Source of the DNA: Candidatus Caldarchaeum sp.
Lineage (GTDB): Archaea > Thermoproteota > Nitrososphaeria_A > Caldarchaeales > Caldarchaeaceae
Assembly (NCBI GenBank): GCA_038885755.1
Contig: JAVZZH010000002.1
Span: forward strand, 192,505-256,504
DNA: 64,000 nucleotides
Direction of reading: 5' to 3'
Shown: positions 37,300 through 46,879 of the stretch, one piece after another
Layout of the letters: every line of letters starts with the position of its first letter
Numbering within the stretch: the stretch's first letter is position 1
Translations under genes and position numbers: made by a program
Notes under the pieces: model-generated
What the model was told of the DNA's origin: nothing
Databases searched by the model: none
What the model saw: only the letters and a program-made list of their open reading frames with translations

Positions 37300-37363
37300 T
37301 CTTAAGCCTGCCGCATCCACGGCCTCTCTGAAGGCCTCTTTGACCAGGCTTGGCTACCCCCGC
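37244..37363 (-). tRNA. tRNA-Leu(UAA) with two introns (37315-37337 in the D-arm; 37289-37300 at 37/38)
   Basis: Removing both introns gives GCGGGGGTAGCCAAGCCTGGTCAAAGGCGGCAGGCTTAAGACCTGCTCCCGAAGGGGTTCAGGGGTTCAAATCCCCTCCCCCGCA: paired acceptor stem, long variable arm, GTTCAAATC T-loop. Confidence 0.92.
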
Positions 37364-37462
37364 CCCATGCCTTACGAGTCGAGAGTGTTTTTATGTGTTA
37401 AGCCATAACCAGCCTATCATCTGCTGTCGTCGTTCGATATTCTGCGGAGAAGCGAGCGAAAG

Positions 37463-37630
37463 TCAAAGCTTCTTAGGTTTGATCCAGTTGTAGCTCCGCC
37501 ACCTCGGCGACGGAAAACCGCAGTAGGCACAGCGTCTCCTAGCCCTGTGGAACGAGCGGCGGCCGCATCTCCGGCAGCGTATGTGCTGCGGCTTGTTGAA
37601 CTTCCCCATCGAAGGCGTGCCCTTGACCAT
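37463..37630 (-). CDS. rpl37e: 50S ribosomal protein L37e
   Basis: Not in the ORF track (55 aa): [55 protein letters not shown]. Confidence 0.95.
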   Translation of the reverse strand: MVKGTPSMGKFNKPQHIRCRRCGRRSFHRARRRCAYCGFPSPRWRSYNWIKPKKL

Positions 37631-37729
37631 AATCTATCCGCCCTCAAGCCTTCATGAGCGATAATTAAAGTGTTCTCAGCCATGTCGCCGCATCCTAACC
37701 ATCAGTTCAAACTGACCGGGTCAGTTCTC

Positions 37730-38040
37730 CCGTCCGATGCGGCCTCTGTCCTTCAAGACCCTGACAATCCTGAGCTTATGCTCCGGCAGAACACGGGCGT
37801 AAACGTTTACATCCGGGTGTCGAAGCACTTGCCATGCGAAAAAGCTATGATTGCTGCAGATATCAGAACATAGATGATCGGGTTTTTGAACTGTCTGACG
37901 AAAACATGAAAATATGTTTCTTTTTGACGGTTTCGTTGTAGCCGTAGGTGAGTCTCTCCTCGGCTTCTTTGCTTTCCAGCCCGGCTCTGCTTGTCTTGAG
38001 GAGGTCGGGCACTTCCTCCACTGTTTTGGCGTGCCGGTCC
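37730..38040 (-). pseudogene. Heavily deleted cation-transporting P-type ATPase remnant
   Basis: HAKTVEEV..LKTS..GL..KEAEERL.YGYNE / FVRQFKNPIIYVLISAAII (N-terminus) is joined to VYARVLPEHKLRIVRVLK (P-domain), with frameshifts. Confidence 0.8.
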
Positions 38041-38091
38041 GGCGTTTATTCCAGTTGTTCAGACGCCGTTCTACGTAAAATAGTTTGAAGG

Positions 38092-38316
38092 CTAGGAAGG
38101 AGAGATCATTATTATGCTGTCTCCACGGATGACGATCGTTCCGAGTTTGTTTTGAGTGTTTTCGTCGACGACTTCATCGGTGTCTTCGAGAACGATGTTC
38201 ATGTGCTGGTCGTAGCCTTTGAGAAGGCCTCGGAGGATTTTGCCGTTGCGTAGTCTGACTAGGACTTTGGAGCCGACGCTTTTCGAGAGAACTTTGAGCG
38301 ATACGTCTGACGACAA
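38092..38316 (-). CDS. Sm-like archaeal protein (Lsm/SmAP)
   Basis: RGLLKGYDQHMNIVL (Sm1), IRGDSI (Sm2). Confidence 0.95.
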   Translation of the reverse strand: MSSDVSLKVLSKSVGSKVLVRLRNGKILRGLLKGYDQHMNIVLEDTDEVVDENTQNKLGTIVIRGDSIIMISPS

Positions 38317-38359
38317 CTCAGCTTATGGATTGATTGAAGCGGCTTATATGTGTATCCTG

Positions 38360-40279
38360 CTACGATACCGGTGAGATTGTTTCTAGGTTGTGGGGTGTGA
38401 AGATCGTGGCGGGGGTGGTTCTTGCGAGGGCTTCGGCGAGGCTGTCGACCGCCTCCTCCTCTCCATGGACTAGGATGATGTTTCGGGGCTTGGGGTTTAT
38501 CCTCCTAACGTAGTTGATGAGCTGCTGCCGGCTGGAATGGCCTGAGAAGCCGTCTACTTTCTCAACCTGCATCTTGACGTTGAGCGGTTCAGCACGCCCT
38601 TCCTCGTTCCGCAGCGTGACCTCTCTAACACCCTTCAGGAGTGTTCTGCCCAGCGTCCCCTCCACCTGATAGCTGACAAACACAAGCAAGTTGTTCTCGT
38701 CGCCGGCGAAGCCCTTCAAATACTTCAGAACAGGCCCTCCCTCAAGCATGCCTGAAGTCGAAACAATCACCGTCGGCCCCTTCATCTCAAGGATTTCTTC
38801 ACGCTGCTGCTCGCTCTTGACGGGTGTGAAGTATTCGGAGAGGAAGATGTTCTCACCCTCTCTGAGCCTCTGCTGCAGCTCAGCCGTGAAGTAGTCGGGG
38901 AAGGCTGTGTGTATCGCCGTAGCCTCAACGACGAGGCCGTCCAAGAAGACCGGGGTTTCGGCAAGCCTGCCTTCGGCCAGCAGCTTGTTCAGCACGAGAA
39001 GTATCTCCTGCGCCCTTCCGATGGCTGGAACAGGTATGATCACCTTGCCTCCCCTGTTGACGGTCGAGGTTATCTTCTCAGCTAGGATGGCTTCGCTCTG
39101 CTCGAGCGTGTAAGGCACTGGAGTAGCTCCGTACGTGCTCTCCATGATCAACGTCTCGAGCCTCGGAAACTTCGACGCACAAGGGTCCAGCGCCGTCGAC
39201 CTCTCGTACTTGAAGTCCCCCGTGTAGACGATGTTGTGCAGCCCTTCGCCTACGTGGATGTGGACTGCGGCGCTGCCTAGAATGTGCCCAGCGTTGTAGA
39301 ACATTATACGAATGTCTGGAGTGATGTTGTTCACCACGCCGTAGCGGAGCGGGAAACATCTCTGAAGGGCCAGCCTTATCTCTGTCTCTGTGTAGGGCGG
39401 GAAGCTCCCCTCCTTGCCTGCGACAGAAACAAAGTCCAGCTGCTCCAGCGCCATCAAGGGGATTGACGGCTCGACTGCGTAGACAGGTCCTCTGTAGCCG
39501 TATTTGTAGAGATACGGCACTAGGCCGACGTGGTCGAGGTGGGCGTGGGAGACGACTACGGCGTCGAGGCTTTCGACTAGGTTGGGGACTAGGTCTAGGC
39601 GTGGGAAGAAGCTTGTTGGGGAGGAGGCTCCGGCTGAGAGGCCGCAGTCGAGGAGAACCGTGCTCTCGCTCGTTTGGAGGAGAATGCAGGACCTACCCAC
39701 TTGCCTGCCTGCGCCTAGGATAGTTATCCGCACCTCTCTCGACTCAAAGACCTGAGTCCTGAATACTCTCTCACCGATCTCCTGAAGAGTCTTGAGCTTT
39801 TCCTCAGTATCCCAGAAAGTATACCGCTTTATCCGTTCAATTGTCTTGGACGGCATCAAGGGTTCTCGGAGGATGCGTATGACCCATCCTGTTTCCTCAA
39901 TCAGTTTATTCAGCGTCTCAGTTCGGTCTATGTTGGTTATGCGTGGGTCATTCGACTCGAGCACCACTTCACCGAGCGGCTCGTCGAAGATTAACCTATA
40001 CCCGTTCCCGAGAGCCTGCCTGATTATCTCCTCCACGTCCTCCCTCGGCCTGCGTATACTCTCGTCCGGCCTTATGACGAACCGTTTCTTGATCAACGTA
40101 ACAAGGTCTCTGGCTATCCTGTCCCTGTCTCTGAAGACTTCACGGCTCTTGGTGTAGATGGCTATCCTCGGCCCTTCATACTCTATCCGAGACACCGCAG
40201 GCTCGGCTGTGTCAAGAGACGAGAAGTACTTTAGCAGCTCCGTCTGGAGCCTCTCAACCGAATTCAACCAGTATTTCAC
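38360..40279 (-). CDS. fttA: Beta-CASP ribonuclease aCPSF1 / transcription termination factor FttA
   Basis: N-terminal KH region (IEYEGPRIAIY), HAHLDH, AGHILGSA, TGDFK, ESTYG, GFSGHS, VHGE; adjacent to psmB. Confidence 0.95.
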   Translation of the reverse strand: MKYWLNSVERLQTELLKYFSSLDTAEPAVSRIEYEGPRIAIYTKSREVFRDRDRIARDLVTLIKKRFVIRPDESIRRPREDVEEIIRQALGNGYRLIFDEPLGEVVLESNDPRITNIDRTETLNKLIEETGWVIRILREPLMPSKTIERIKRYTFWDTEEKLKTLQEIGERVFRTQVFESREVRITILGAGRQVGRSCILLQTSESTVLLDCGLSAGASSPTSFFPRLDLVPNLVESLDAVVVSHAHLDHVGLVPYLYKYGYRGPVYAVEPSIPLMALEQLDFVSVAGKEGSFPPYTETEIRLALQRCFPLRYGVVNNITPDIRIMFYNAGHILGSAAVHIHVGEGLHNIVYTGDFKYERSTALDPCASKFPRLETLIMESTYGATPVPYTLEQSEAILAEKITSTVNRGGKVIIPVPAIGRAQEILLVLNKLLAEGRLAETPVFLDGLVVEATAIHTAFPDYFTAELQQRLREGENIFLSEYFTPVKSEQQREEILEMKGPTVIVSTSGMLEGGPVLKYLKGFAGDENNLLVFVSYQVEGTLGRTLLKGVREVTLRNEEGRAEPLNVKMQVEKVDGFSGHSSRQQLINYVRRINPKPRNIILVHGEEEAVDSLAEALARTTPATIFTPHNLETISPVS

Positions 40280-40282
40280 CGA

Positions 40283-40951
40283 TTAAGTTGGAAGGTAGTT
40301 GAAGTACTTCCTGTAGAGTGGGGCTTTTTCATCCAGCGAGAGCTCGCCGTAGCCTTTTTCTCTCAACACGTAGGCCACGTCGACGCTGTCCCCGCTGCCC
40401 GCATCCCTCCTGATGGCGGCGGAAACAGCTTGGAATGCAAGCTCGACAGCCTGCTCGAAACCCAAGTCCTCCCTATAGTTTGGTTCAAGCACTCCGTAGG
40501 CTACGGGGCTTCCCGAGCCTGTTGCGATGAGTTTTTCCTCGGTTACGGAGCCGAAGGGGTCGAGGTTGAACAGGTGCGGGCCCTCGTTGTCCACGCCTGC
40601 CAGGATTAGCTGGGCGTAGTAGGGGAAGTACCTTGAGCTGAACATTATGTTCGAGGTCAGCCTTGCGACCGCGTTTATCGGCATGGGCATTTCACGGATG
40701 ATTTGGTAGTAGTTTATGTTGGCCTTGAGGATGTCGATGAGGGACTGGGCGTCGGCCACCCGGCCGGCGATGGTGATGGCTGCGTGCTGGGCTAGCGGAA
40801 ACACCTTTTTACCTCTGCGATGCGCCACGAAAAACCCTGCAGTGACCCTTGTGTCGGTAGCTACCACTACAGCGTCTTTAACGACCATGCCGACCGTGGT
40901 CGTCCCCGTCGACAACACATTCGGGTTCCGAGGCTGATACAAGTCATACAC
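40283..40951 (-). CDS. psmB: Proteasome subunit beta
   Basis: Propeptide then TG|TTTVG, DTRVT, KK, ATGSGSPVAYGVLE, RDAGSG. Confidence 0.95.
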   Translation of the reverse strand: MYDLYQPRNPNVLSTGTTTVGMVVKDAVVVATDTRVTAGFFVAHRRGKKVFPLAQHAAITIAGRVADAQSLIDILKANINYYQIIREMPMPINAVARLTSNIMFSSRYFPYYAQLILAGVDNEGPHLFNLDPFGSVTEEKLIATGSGSPVAYGVLEPNYREDLGFEQAVELAFQAVSAAIRRDAGSGDSVDVAYVLREKGYGELSLDEKAPLYRKYFNYLPT

Positions 40952-41010
40952 CTTGATAATTGCAGGCCTTTTACAGGCGGTTTAAAATGTCTTCTGGCAG
41001 AATAAAAACT

Positions 41011-41781
41011 TTAACCGTTTCTAAACAGCAGGCTCAGCCCCACAGCTATGAACGCACCAGCTATCACCGCCCGGAGCGTGCGATCCCTCATCCGCCTGTT
41101 GACCGCCACTCCCACCTGACCGCCGGCAACGCCTGAAAATGCCATCAGCAGCACCGTCGTTAGGGCGGGGTGGTTGCTGGAGGAATGGCTGAGGAGAGCG
41201 AAAGACGACGAGAACATGGTGACGAACATGCTCATGGCTGTTGCTGTGTGCGTCGGCACGGCTAGGTATATGAGTGTGGGAACCATCAGTAAACCGCCTC
41301 CGATTCCGAAAAGGCTTGCAAGCATGCCCACCGCCGGCGCTAGTAAATAGGCTTTGACGAGGTCTGGCTCAACCGAAGAAGCTTCTTCATGCTTTTCTTT
41401 GGAAAAGATCGCTTTGAAGAGCAAGTAGGTTGAGGCGGTCAAGATGAACAGGCTGAAGAAAAGCCTAAACATTAACAGGTTGAGCGAGGAGAAGATGAGG
41501 TAGCCGGCTACCGCTCCCGGCAGCGTTCCAACCCCCAGCAGCAGGGTCTTCCCCACGTTCAGCCTTCCAAGCCTATAGTGTGAGAGAGAAGCTGAAAGCG
41601 AGTTGAAGAAAACCATCAGCAGGCTTGTTGACACAGCTTCCTTCGGAGGATAGCCCATGAGGATGAGGAGCGGGGACAAGACGAATCCTCCGCCAGCGCC
41701 TACTAAAGCTCCAACCACAGATGCGAAGAACGCCAAAACAATCAGGAGGGGTGCCGACAGTAAGTCCAAAACATCCATCAC
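41011..41781 (-). CDS. Sulfite exporter TauE/SafE family protein
   Basis: Duplicated G.GGG...P motifs, multiple TMs. Confidence 0.88.
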   Translation of the reverse strand: MMDVLDLLSAPLLIVLAFFASVVGALVGAGGGFVLSPLLILMGYPPKEAVSTSLLMVFFNSLSASLSHYRLGRLNVGKTLLLGVGTLPGAVAGYLIFSSLNLLMFRLFFSLFILTASTYLLFKAIFSKEKHEEASSVEPDLVKAYLLAPAVGMLASLFGIGGGLLMVPTLIYLAVPTHTATAMSMFVTMFSSSFALLSHSSSNHPALTTVLLMAFSGVAGGQVGVAVNRRMRDRTLRAVIAGAFIAVGLSLLFRNG

Positions 41782-41993
41782 TTGATTATTCCTTTATCCT
41801 TCGCACGCTTCATCATGTTCTTCACCACATCCAAGGCGGATAGAAGAGTCTTCCGCTCGTCGTCCGTCAGCAGCTCCATCTGCTGGATGAGCGGGAAGTC
41901 AAGCAAAAGCTTTAGGTTTATCATGGCGTTGCCTATGCTCGACTTCACGACCTCGTACTTCTGCTCCTCAGACCATTTCCCAGACCTTATCAT
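41778..41993 (-). CDS. Hypothetical protein
   Basis: 71 aa, overlap-coupled to the TauE gene. Confidence 0.6.
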   Translation of the reverse strand: MIRSGKWSEEQKYEVVKSSIGNAMINLKLLLDFPLIQQMELLTDDERKTLLSALDVVKNMMKRAKDKGIIK

Positions 41994-42026
41994 TCAACAA
42001 TAGTGGTTGGCTGCAGGCTATTAGCG

Positions 42027-43289
42027 TTATATGAGGAGGAAGGGCAGGTAGATTACAGAGGTGAACGCAACCACGGGCAGGCCTATCTTCAGGAACCTCC
42101 AGAACGAGACCGTCTGCCTGTAGCGTTTCTCCAAAACTTCTAGGACGATTATGTTGGATGCAGCGCCCAGCAGGGTTAGGTTCCCGGCCAGCGTAGAGTA
42201 TGTAGCGAGAGTCAGCCAGACCTGTTCATCGGCCCCCGAAACCCCGGCGTCTTTGAGATATTCTATGAAGAGTTTTGCGAAAGGCACGTTGCTGATTATT
42301 TGGCTGAAGGCCAGCGATGAAACAGCTGTGAGGAGGAAGATGTCGCCTGCGTCGCTGGTCGGGAAGAGAGCGAGTATTGTCTGGAGCAGGCCTGACCTCC
42401 ATATTCCCTCCATGGTTATGAACATGCTTATGAAGAAGAGGACTGTGCCGAAGTCAACTTTCGACAGCAGTTCGCGGGGGCTTGAGACGAACGGCCAGAC
42501 GGCCGCTGCGACGATGAAGGGGATTAAGCCTCTGCTAGCAACGTGGCTTTGACCAGTCGCCGCCAGCACGTCGTTTATGAAGAGGGCTAGCACGGTTATC
42601 GATATTCCTCCAGCCGCTATGTAGGCATCTCTCCTCGATGACAGGGCTTCAGCCGGTACGACTACGGTAGCAGTAATCTTCCCATCGATTTTGTAGGTTT
42701 TCAAGATGTAGAGGCCGAGAAGCGTGAGCGAGATCAGCGTCGGCGGAGTAAGCCTTGTTAGGAAGGCTATGAAGGGGGCGGTCATCCCAGACTGGACGGC
42801 TATCAACATGTTTTGAGGATTGCCCAGAGGCGTCATGACCGACCCGATGGTTATGGAGTAGCAGAGAAGCAGGAAAGAAGCTTCGTATTTTTCGCCTATG
42901 GCTCTCGCAATCAGAATCGCTATTGGAGGGCCCATCAACGCGACTGTGTCGTTGACGAAGAAGGCTGCAAGCAGCCCGAGGACGAGGGAGGCGCCCACGA
43001 CCATCGTGCGGGTGTTTTTGAATAACGACAAAGCGTAGGAGGAAAGATAGTTGAGCAGGCCAGAGGACTCGGCCAGCCCGACCAAGGCGAACATTCCGAC
43101 CAGAAAGAAGACGACGTCGAAGTCTATTGTCGCAACCGCTTCGTCCACGCCTACAAGCCCAAGCATGAGCGTGAGGAACATGGACCCCATCATGATAGAC
43201 CAGACGGGGAGGTGCGGATACCTGCCTCTCACCAGCAGCCCTGCAAGAAGCAGTCCAGCCACAACCAAGCCGCTCAGCCACGTCGTCAA
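42027..43289 (-). CDS. ArsB/NhaD/SLC13-type anion permease
   Basis: AFFVNDT, TPLGNPQN, SQIISNVP, STLAGNLTLLGAASNII. Confidence 0.9.
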   Translation of the reverse strand: MTTWLSGLVVAGLLLAGLLVRGRYPHLPVWSIMMGSMFLTLMLGLVGVDEAVATIDFDVVFFLVGMFALVGLAESSGLLNYLSSYALSLFKNTRTMVVGASLVLGLLAAFFVNDTVALMGPPIAILIARAIGEKYEASFLLLCYSITIGSVMTPLGNPQNMLIAVQSGMTAPFIAFLTRLTPPTLISLTLLGLYILKTYKIDGKITATVVVPAEALSSRRDAYIAAGGISITVLALFINDVLAATGQSHVASRGLIPFIVAAAVWPFVSSPRELLSKVDFGTVLFFISMFITMEGIWRSGLLQTILALFPTSDAGDIFLLTAVSSLAFSQIISNVPFAKLFIEYLKDAGVSGADEQVWLTLATYSTLAGNLTLLGAASNIIVLEVLEKRYRQTVSFWRFLKIGLPVVAFTSVIYLPFLLI

Positions 43290-43381
43290 AACACTTCAGT
43301 CAGTTTGCTTCAGCATGATTAAAACTTCATCGCCCCGCGTTGTGAAATAACTTTATCTATTGTTCGCTCCGCTCACTGGAC

Positions 43382-43576
43382 ATGGTTGAGACGCCCTTCG
43401 TCGTAGACCTGTATATCAACGGTGATAGCCTGCCTTGGGGAGGTTTTAAGATGTCGGGCATAGGCCGGAACAACACAGTCCTCGCCGTGGAACACTACCT
43501 AGAGCTTAAAGGCATGTTCATCGACGCTCAGCATGGGCCTACGAGACCCTACTACCGCGTGGTGCTCGGTGGATGA
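43382..43576 (+). pseudogene. Aldehyde dehydrogenase C-terminal fragment
   Basis: PWGGFKMSGIGR...YLELK motif only, 64 aa. Confidence 0.65.
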
Positions 43577-44058
43577 ACATAGCTGAATTCCTCGGAAAAA
43601 CCAGCGTTGGCGGGCGGGTGCTCTTCGTAGGCAAGCCGGAGAACGCACTAGCATTAGCTGAGAAACTAGGCCTGTCCGAAATCCACCTAGCCGACGACGA
43701 CCCCGATGCATTGGCTAAAGCCGTTGAGTCCAGCGGCGGCGTGAAGATCACCCCTGTCTACACACGTGTGGTCGAGAGGTTCGTTGAACTCCCATCGTCA
43801 AGCTTTGACGCCGTTGTCGCGCTGCATGTGCTGGAGAGGGCTTTGAACAAACGAGCTTTCATGACGGAGGCTAGACGCGTTCTTAGAATGGGTGGGAAAC
43901 TCATAATCGTCGAAAGGCTGAGAACTATCTTCAGGCGTAGAGGCGTGCGTAAAAACGATTTGGAGAAATTGCTGGAGACTGCGGGCTTCAAGACGGAGTT
44001 CAGAAAGCTCGGCGGCGGAGTGTCGGTAGTCTACCTAATCAAGACCGGGACGGGTTAA
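43573..44058 (+). CDS. Class I SAM-methyltransferase-like protein (degenerate motif I)
   Basis: LPSSSFDAVV..HVLE...EARRVLR.GGKLII. Confidence 0.65.
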   Translation: MNIAEFLGKTSVGGRVLFVGKPENALALAEKLGLSEIHLADDDPDALAKAVESSGGVKITPVYTRVVERFVELPSSSFDAVVALHVLERALNKRAFMTEARRVLRMGGKLIIVERLRTIFRRRGVRKNDLEKLLETAGFKTEFRKLGGGVSVVYLIKTGTG

Positions 44059-44293
44059 CCATCCCTGAAACAACGTACTGTATTCGCCACGGCGTCGTTT
44101 TCACCCATGACGGCCAGTATTACGTCGACAGAACAACGGCGTGGACAGATGCTAGCGGGAAGGGAATCCCCGGATAGTTTATCGTGAAGACGATGGTGTT
44201 ATTGCGCCGGGGCCCGCGATAAGCGGGAAGTGTTTTCGTATGCTGTGTCAAGGCGGCGTAGTCTCCTTCTCCATGTTTGCGGAGGACTAGAAG

Positions 44294-44785
44294 CTATGCC
44301 TGAGCGTGGACGGCTTGTGGTTGTGCTGTTTTTTCCATCTGAGACTTGACGATGAAGTAGGCCACTGTTCCGACGGCCAGCGCTATTCCTTGGCTGATGA
44401 ACGCTGTGATGAAGGCGTCTCCCCGGCCTGTGGCGACGGAGGCTATGAAGCCTGTCCAGAGAGATGTTATGATGAAGTAGGCGACCACGCCGGGGAAGAT
44501 TGAGCGTTTAGCCAGAAAACGCAGAGCCAGAAGACCTGCTAAAGCTACTGCGGGAGATATCAGGTCGAGGGGCCCTAGGGGTGAGGCCATGTTTGCGATA
44601 AACATTCCGAAGACGATGCCGAGCATGGAGGCAAGCCCGAACAAAGCCACGAGAGGCACGGCGACCTCGCCGGGCTTTATCTGAACATCGCCCAACGGTA
44701 GACGGCCCAGCGCAAGCGTTCCAGCGGCGTAAATGGCTGCGAAGATTACGAAGAAACCGAAATGAGACGAGGTTAGCCGCATCAT
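44294..44785 (-). CDS. QueT-family (queuosine precursor ECF S-component) membrane protein
   Basis: AAIYA..T......GDVQ...GE...G...G..IAN..SPLGPLD. Start moved to 44785. Confidence 0.7.
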   Translation of the reverse strand: MMRLTSSHFGFFVIFAAIYAAGTLALGRLPLGDVQIKPGEVAVPLVALFGLASMLGIVFGMFIANMASPLGPLDLISPAVALAGLLALRFLAKRSIFPGVVAYFIITSLWTGFIASVATGRGDAFITAFISQGIALAVGTVAYFIVKSQMEKTAQPQAVHAQA

Positions 44786-44795
44786 CTTCCTCACC

Positions 44796-45623
44796 TTAGT
44801 GATGCGTCCAGAGGAGAGCTCCCTCGTATATGAAGGCGAACAGCAGCAGCCAGACAAGGTGTACGAAGTGCCAGTAGATGCTTACGCCTTCCAGAAAACC
44901 ATAGCTCTGGGAGCTGAACTGCTGCATCTTTGCTCTCCAAGCTACAACCGTCAGCGCAACGACGCCCCCGAAGACGTGCGCTCCATGCGCTCCGAGCAGT
45001 AAGTAGAACATCGATGCGTAGATCCCTGTGTCGGGCGTGAACCCGAGGTCGAATATCAGGTGAGGCCATTCGAATCCCAGCTTGAGGACTAAGAACCCTG
45101 TTCCGAACAAGGCCGTGGCCACGACGCCGCCGAACACGGCTCCCAGCTTGTTGCGTTTGACCGAGTATATAGCGTACTCGATGGCAAGGCTGCTGAACAG
45201 AAGCATGAAGGTCTGGAGACGGGGTATGAAGTCGTCTAGGTGGGGTGCGCCGGGTGGAGGCCATACGGGGAACGAGGATCTTATCAGGAAGTAGCTTCCG
45301 AACCCTGCGCCGAACAACGCAACCTCCGTGAACAGGAATATAGCGGTCGGCACGCCTACTCCAGACACTCTTTCAGGCTCCGAGGGGATGGCTGTGCCCT
45401 TCAGCCTGGCGAAGAAAGACGCGATCACGTAGGGCCATGACTTCACCTCCCTGCTGACGAACAAGCCGAGCGTGGCTACAAACACGAGTATGAGCCCAAG
45501 CCCAAGCAAAACGCTGATACCCTTCAACAGAAGCACAACGCCCGCAACCAGCACCAAAACGTTTATCCCGATCACAGCAGGCCAGACGCTGCCCTCGTGC
45601 TCCTGATGCTCTTCATGCGACAT
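44796..45623 (-). CDS. Heme-copper oxidase (cytochrome c oxidase) subunit III
   Basis: FLFTEVALF, WPP, FY...G.HG.HV..G, YWHFV..VW. Confidence 0.92.
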   Translation of the reverse strand: MSHEEHQEHEGSVWPAVIGINVLVLVAGVVLLLKGISVLLGLGLILVFVATLGLFVSREVKSWPYVIASFFARLKGTAIPSEPERVSGVGVPTAIFLFTEVALFGAGFGSYFLIRSSFPVWPPPGAPHLDDFIPRLQTFMLLFSSLAIEYAIYSVKRNKLGAVFGGVVATALFGTGFLVLKLGFEWPHLIFDLGFTPDTGIYASMFYLLLGAHGAHVFGGVVALTVVAWRAKMQQFSSQSYGFLEGVSIYWHFVHLVWLLLFAFIYEGALLWTHH

Positions 45624-45724
45624 GGCTTAGCTATCGTTTTTGAGACGTCTATATAATGTCTTCTCTAGAGGGCAGGCAGCCGAGTTAGGTTAAATAACGC
45701 CGTTAACTCTACTGGTGAAAGAGG

Positions 45725-46873
45725 TTGACGACGCTAGAGGTTCCTCTCAGCTATCAGGAGATTAAGCGGTACGGCCGCCACCTAATCATTCCGGAGGTCG
45801 GGATGGCGGGGCAGAAGAAGCTCAAGTCCTCGAAGGTCTTGGTTGTCGGAGCCGGAGGCTTGGGCTCGCCGATATCCCTCTACCTCGCGGCCGCAGGCGT
45901 AGGCCGGATAGGGCTCGTGGACTTCGACGTCGTCGACGAAAGCAACCTTCAGAGACAGATCATCTACACGACCAAGGACGTGAAGAGGCCTAAGCTGGAG
46001 GTGGCTAAGGAGAGGCTTACGGCGATGAACCCGCACATCGAGGTCGAGACCTATGAGACGAGGCTGACGTCGGAGAACGCTCTTGAGATCATGAAGGACT
46101 ACGACGTGATTGTGGACGGCACGGACAACTTCCCCACGCGCTATCTCGTCAACGACGCCTGCGTCCTGCTGGGCAAGCCCAACGTATACGGCAGCATCTT
46201 CAGGTTCGACGGCCAGGTCTCAGTCTTCTACGCAAAGAAGGGCCCGTGCTACCGATGCCTGTACCCTGAGCCGCCTCCTCCAGGCCTTGTTCCAAGCTGC
46301 GCCGAGGGCGGTGTGCTGGGGGTCTTGCCCGGGGTTGTAGGGGCCCTCCAAGCCATGGAGACCATCAAGCTCATCGTCGGCATAGGAGAACCGTTGATAG
46401 GCAGGCTGCTGCTGTTCGACGGCCTTCACATGTCCTTCACCGAGCTCAAGCTCAGGAAAGACCCCAACTGCAAGGTATGCGGCCCCAACCCGACTGTCAG
46501 AGAGCTGATAGACTACGAGGCTTTCTGCGGCGTCTCGCCCACGCCCTCAGACAGCTCCCTGCACATCACTCCAGAAGAGCTGCATAGAAGGCTTGAGAGA
46601 GGAGAGAAAATCATCCTGCTCGACGTCAGGGAGGAGGTTGAATACGAGATCTGCCATCTCGACAAAGCCCTGCTGATTCCTCTTTCGAAGCTGCCTGAAC
46701 GGGTTAACGAGCTCAGCCTCACCGACGACATAGTGGCCTACTGCCACACGGGCGTCAGGAGCGGGATGGCTGTCAAGCTGCTTCGAGACCTAGGGTTTAG
46801 GCGTGTGAAGAACCTAGCGGGAGGAATAGACGCCTGGGCTGAGCGGATTGACCCAAACATGCCCCGGTACTGA
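45725..46873 (+). CDS. moeB: MoeB/ThiF adenylyltransferase fused to rhodanese (MoeZ-type)
   Basis: RYGRH, GAGGLGSP, SNLQRQ, PCYRC, SCAEGGVLG, C-terminal YCHTGVRS...GGIDAW. Confidence 0.92.
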   Translation: MTTLEVPLSYQEIKRYGRHLIIPEVGMAGQKKLKSSKVLVVGAGGLGSPISLYLAAAGVGRIGLVDFDVVDESNLQRQIIYTTKDVKRPKLEVAKERLTAMNPHIEVETYETRLTSENALEIMKDYDVIVDGTDNFPTRYLVNDACVLLGKPNVYGSIFRFDGQVSVFYAKKGPCYRCLYPEPPPPGLVPSCAEGGVLGVLPGVVGALQAMETIKLIVGIGEPLIGRLLLFDGLHMSFTELKLRKDPNCKVCGPNPTVRELIDYEAFCGVSPTPSDSSLHITPEELHRRLERGEKIILLDVREEVEYEICHLDKALLIPLSKLPERVNELSLTDDIVAYCHTGVRSGMAVKLLRDLGFRRVKNLAGGIDAWAERIDPNMPRY

Positions 46874-46879
46874 AAGCGT

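Noticed and set aside
37060-37320. 86-aa ORF on the minus strand
   Set aside because: Reads through the tRNA-Leu gene; no protein features.
37417-37683. 88-aa ORF on the minus strand
   Set aside because: Alternative frame over rpl37e, which is the real gene.
44060-44292. Possible structured ncRNA or riboswitch near the queT-like gene
   Set aside because: Lies downstream of the gene; only an imperfect hairpin (TAGTCTCC...GGAGGACTA); no C/D boxes or preQ1 signature seen.
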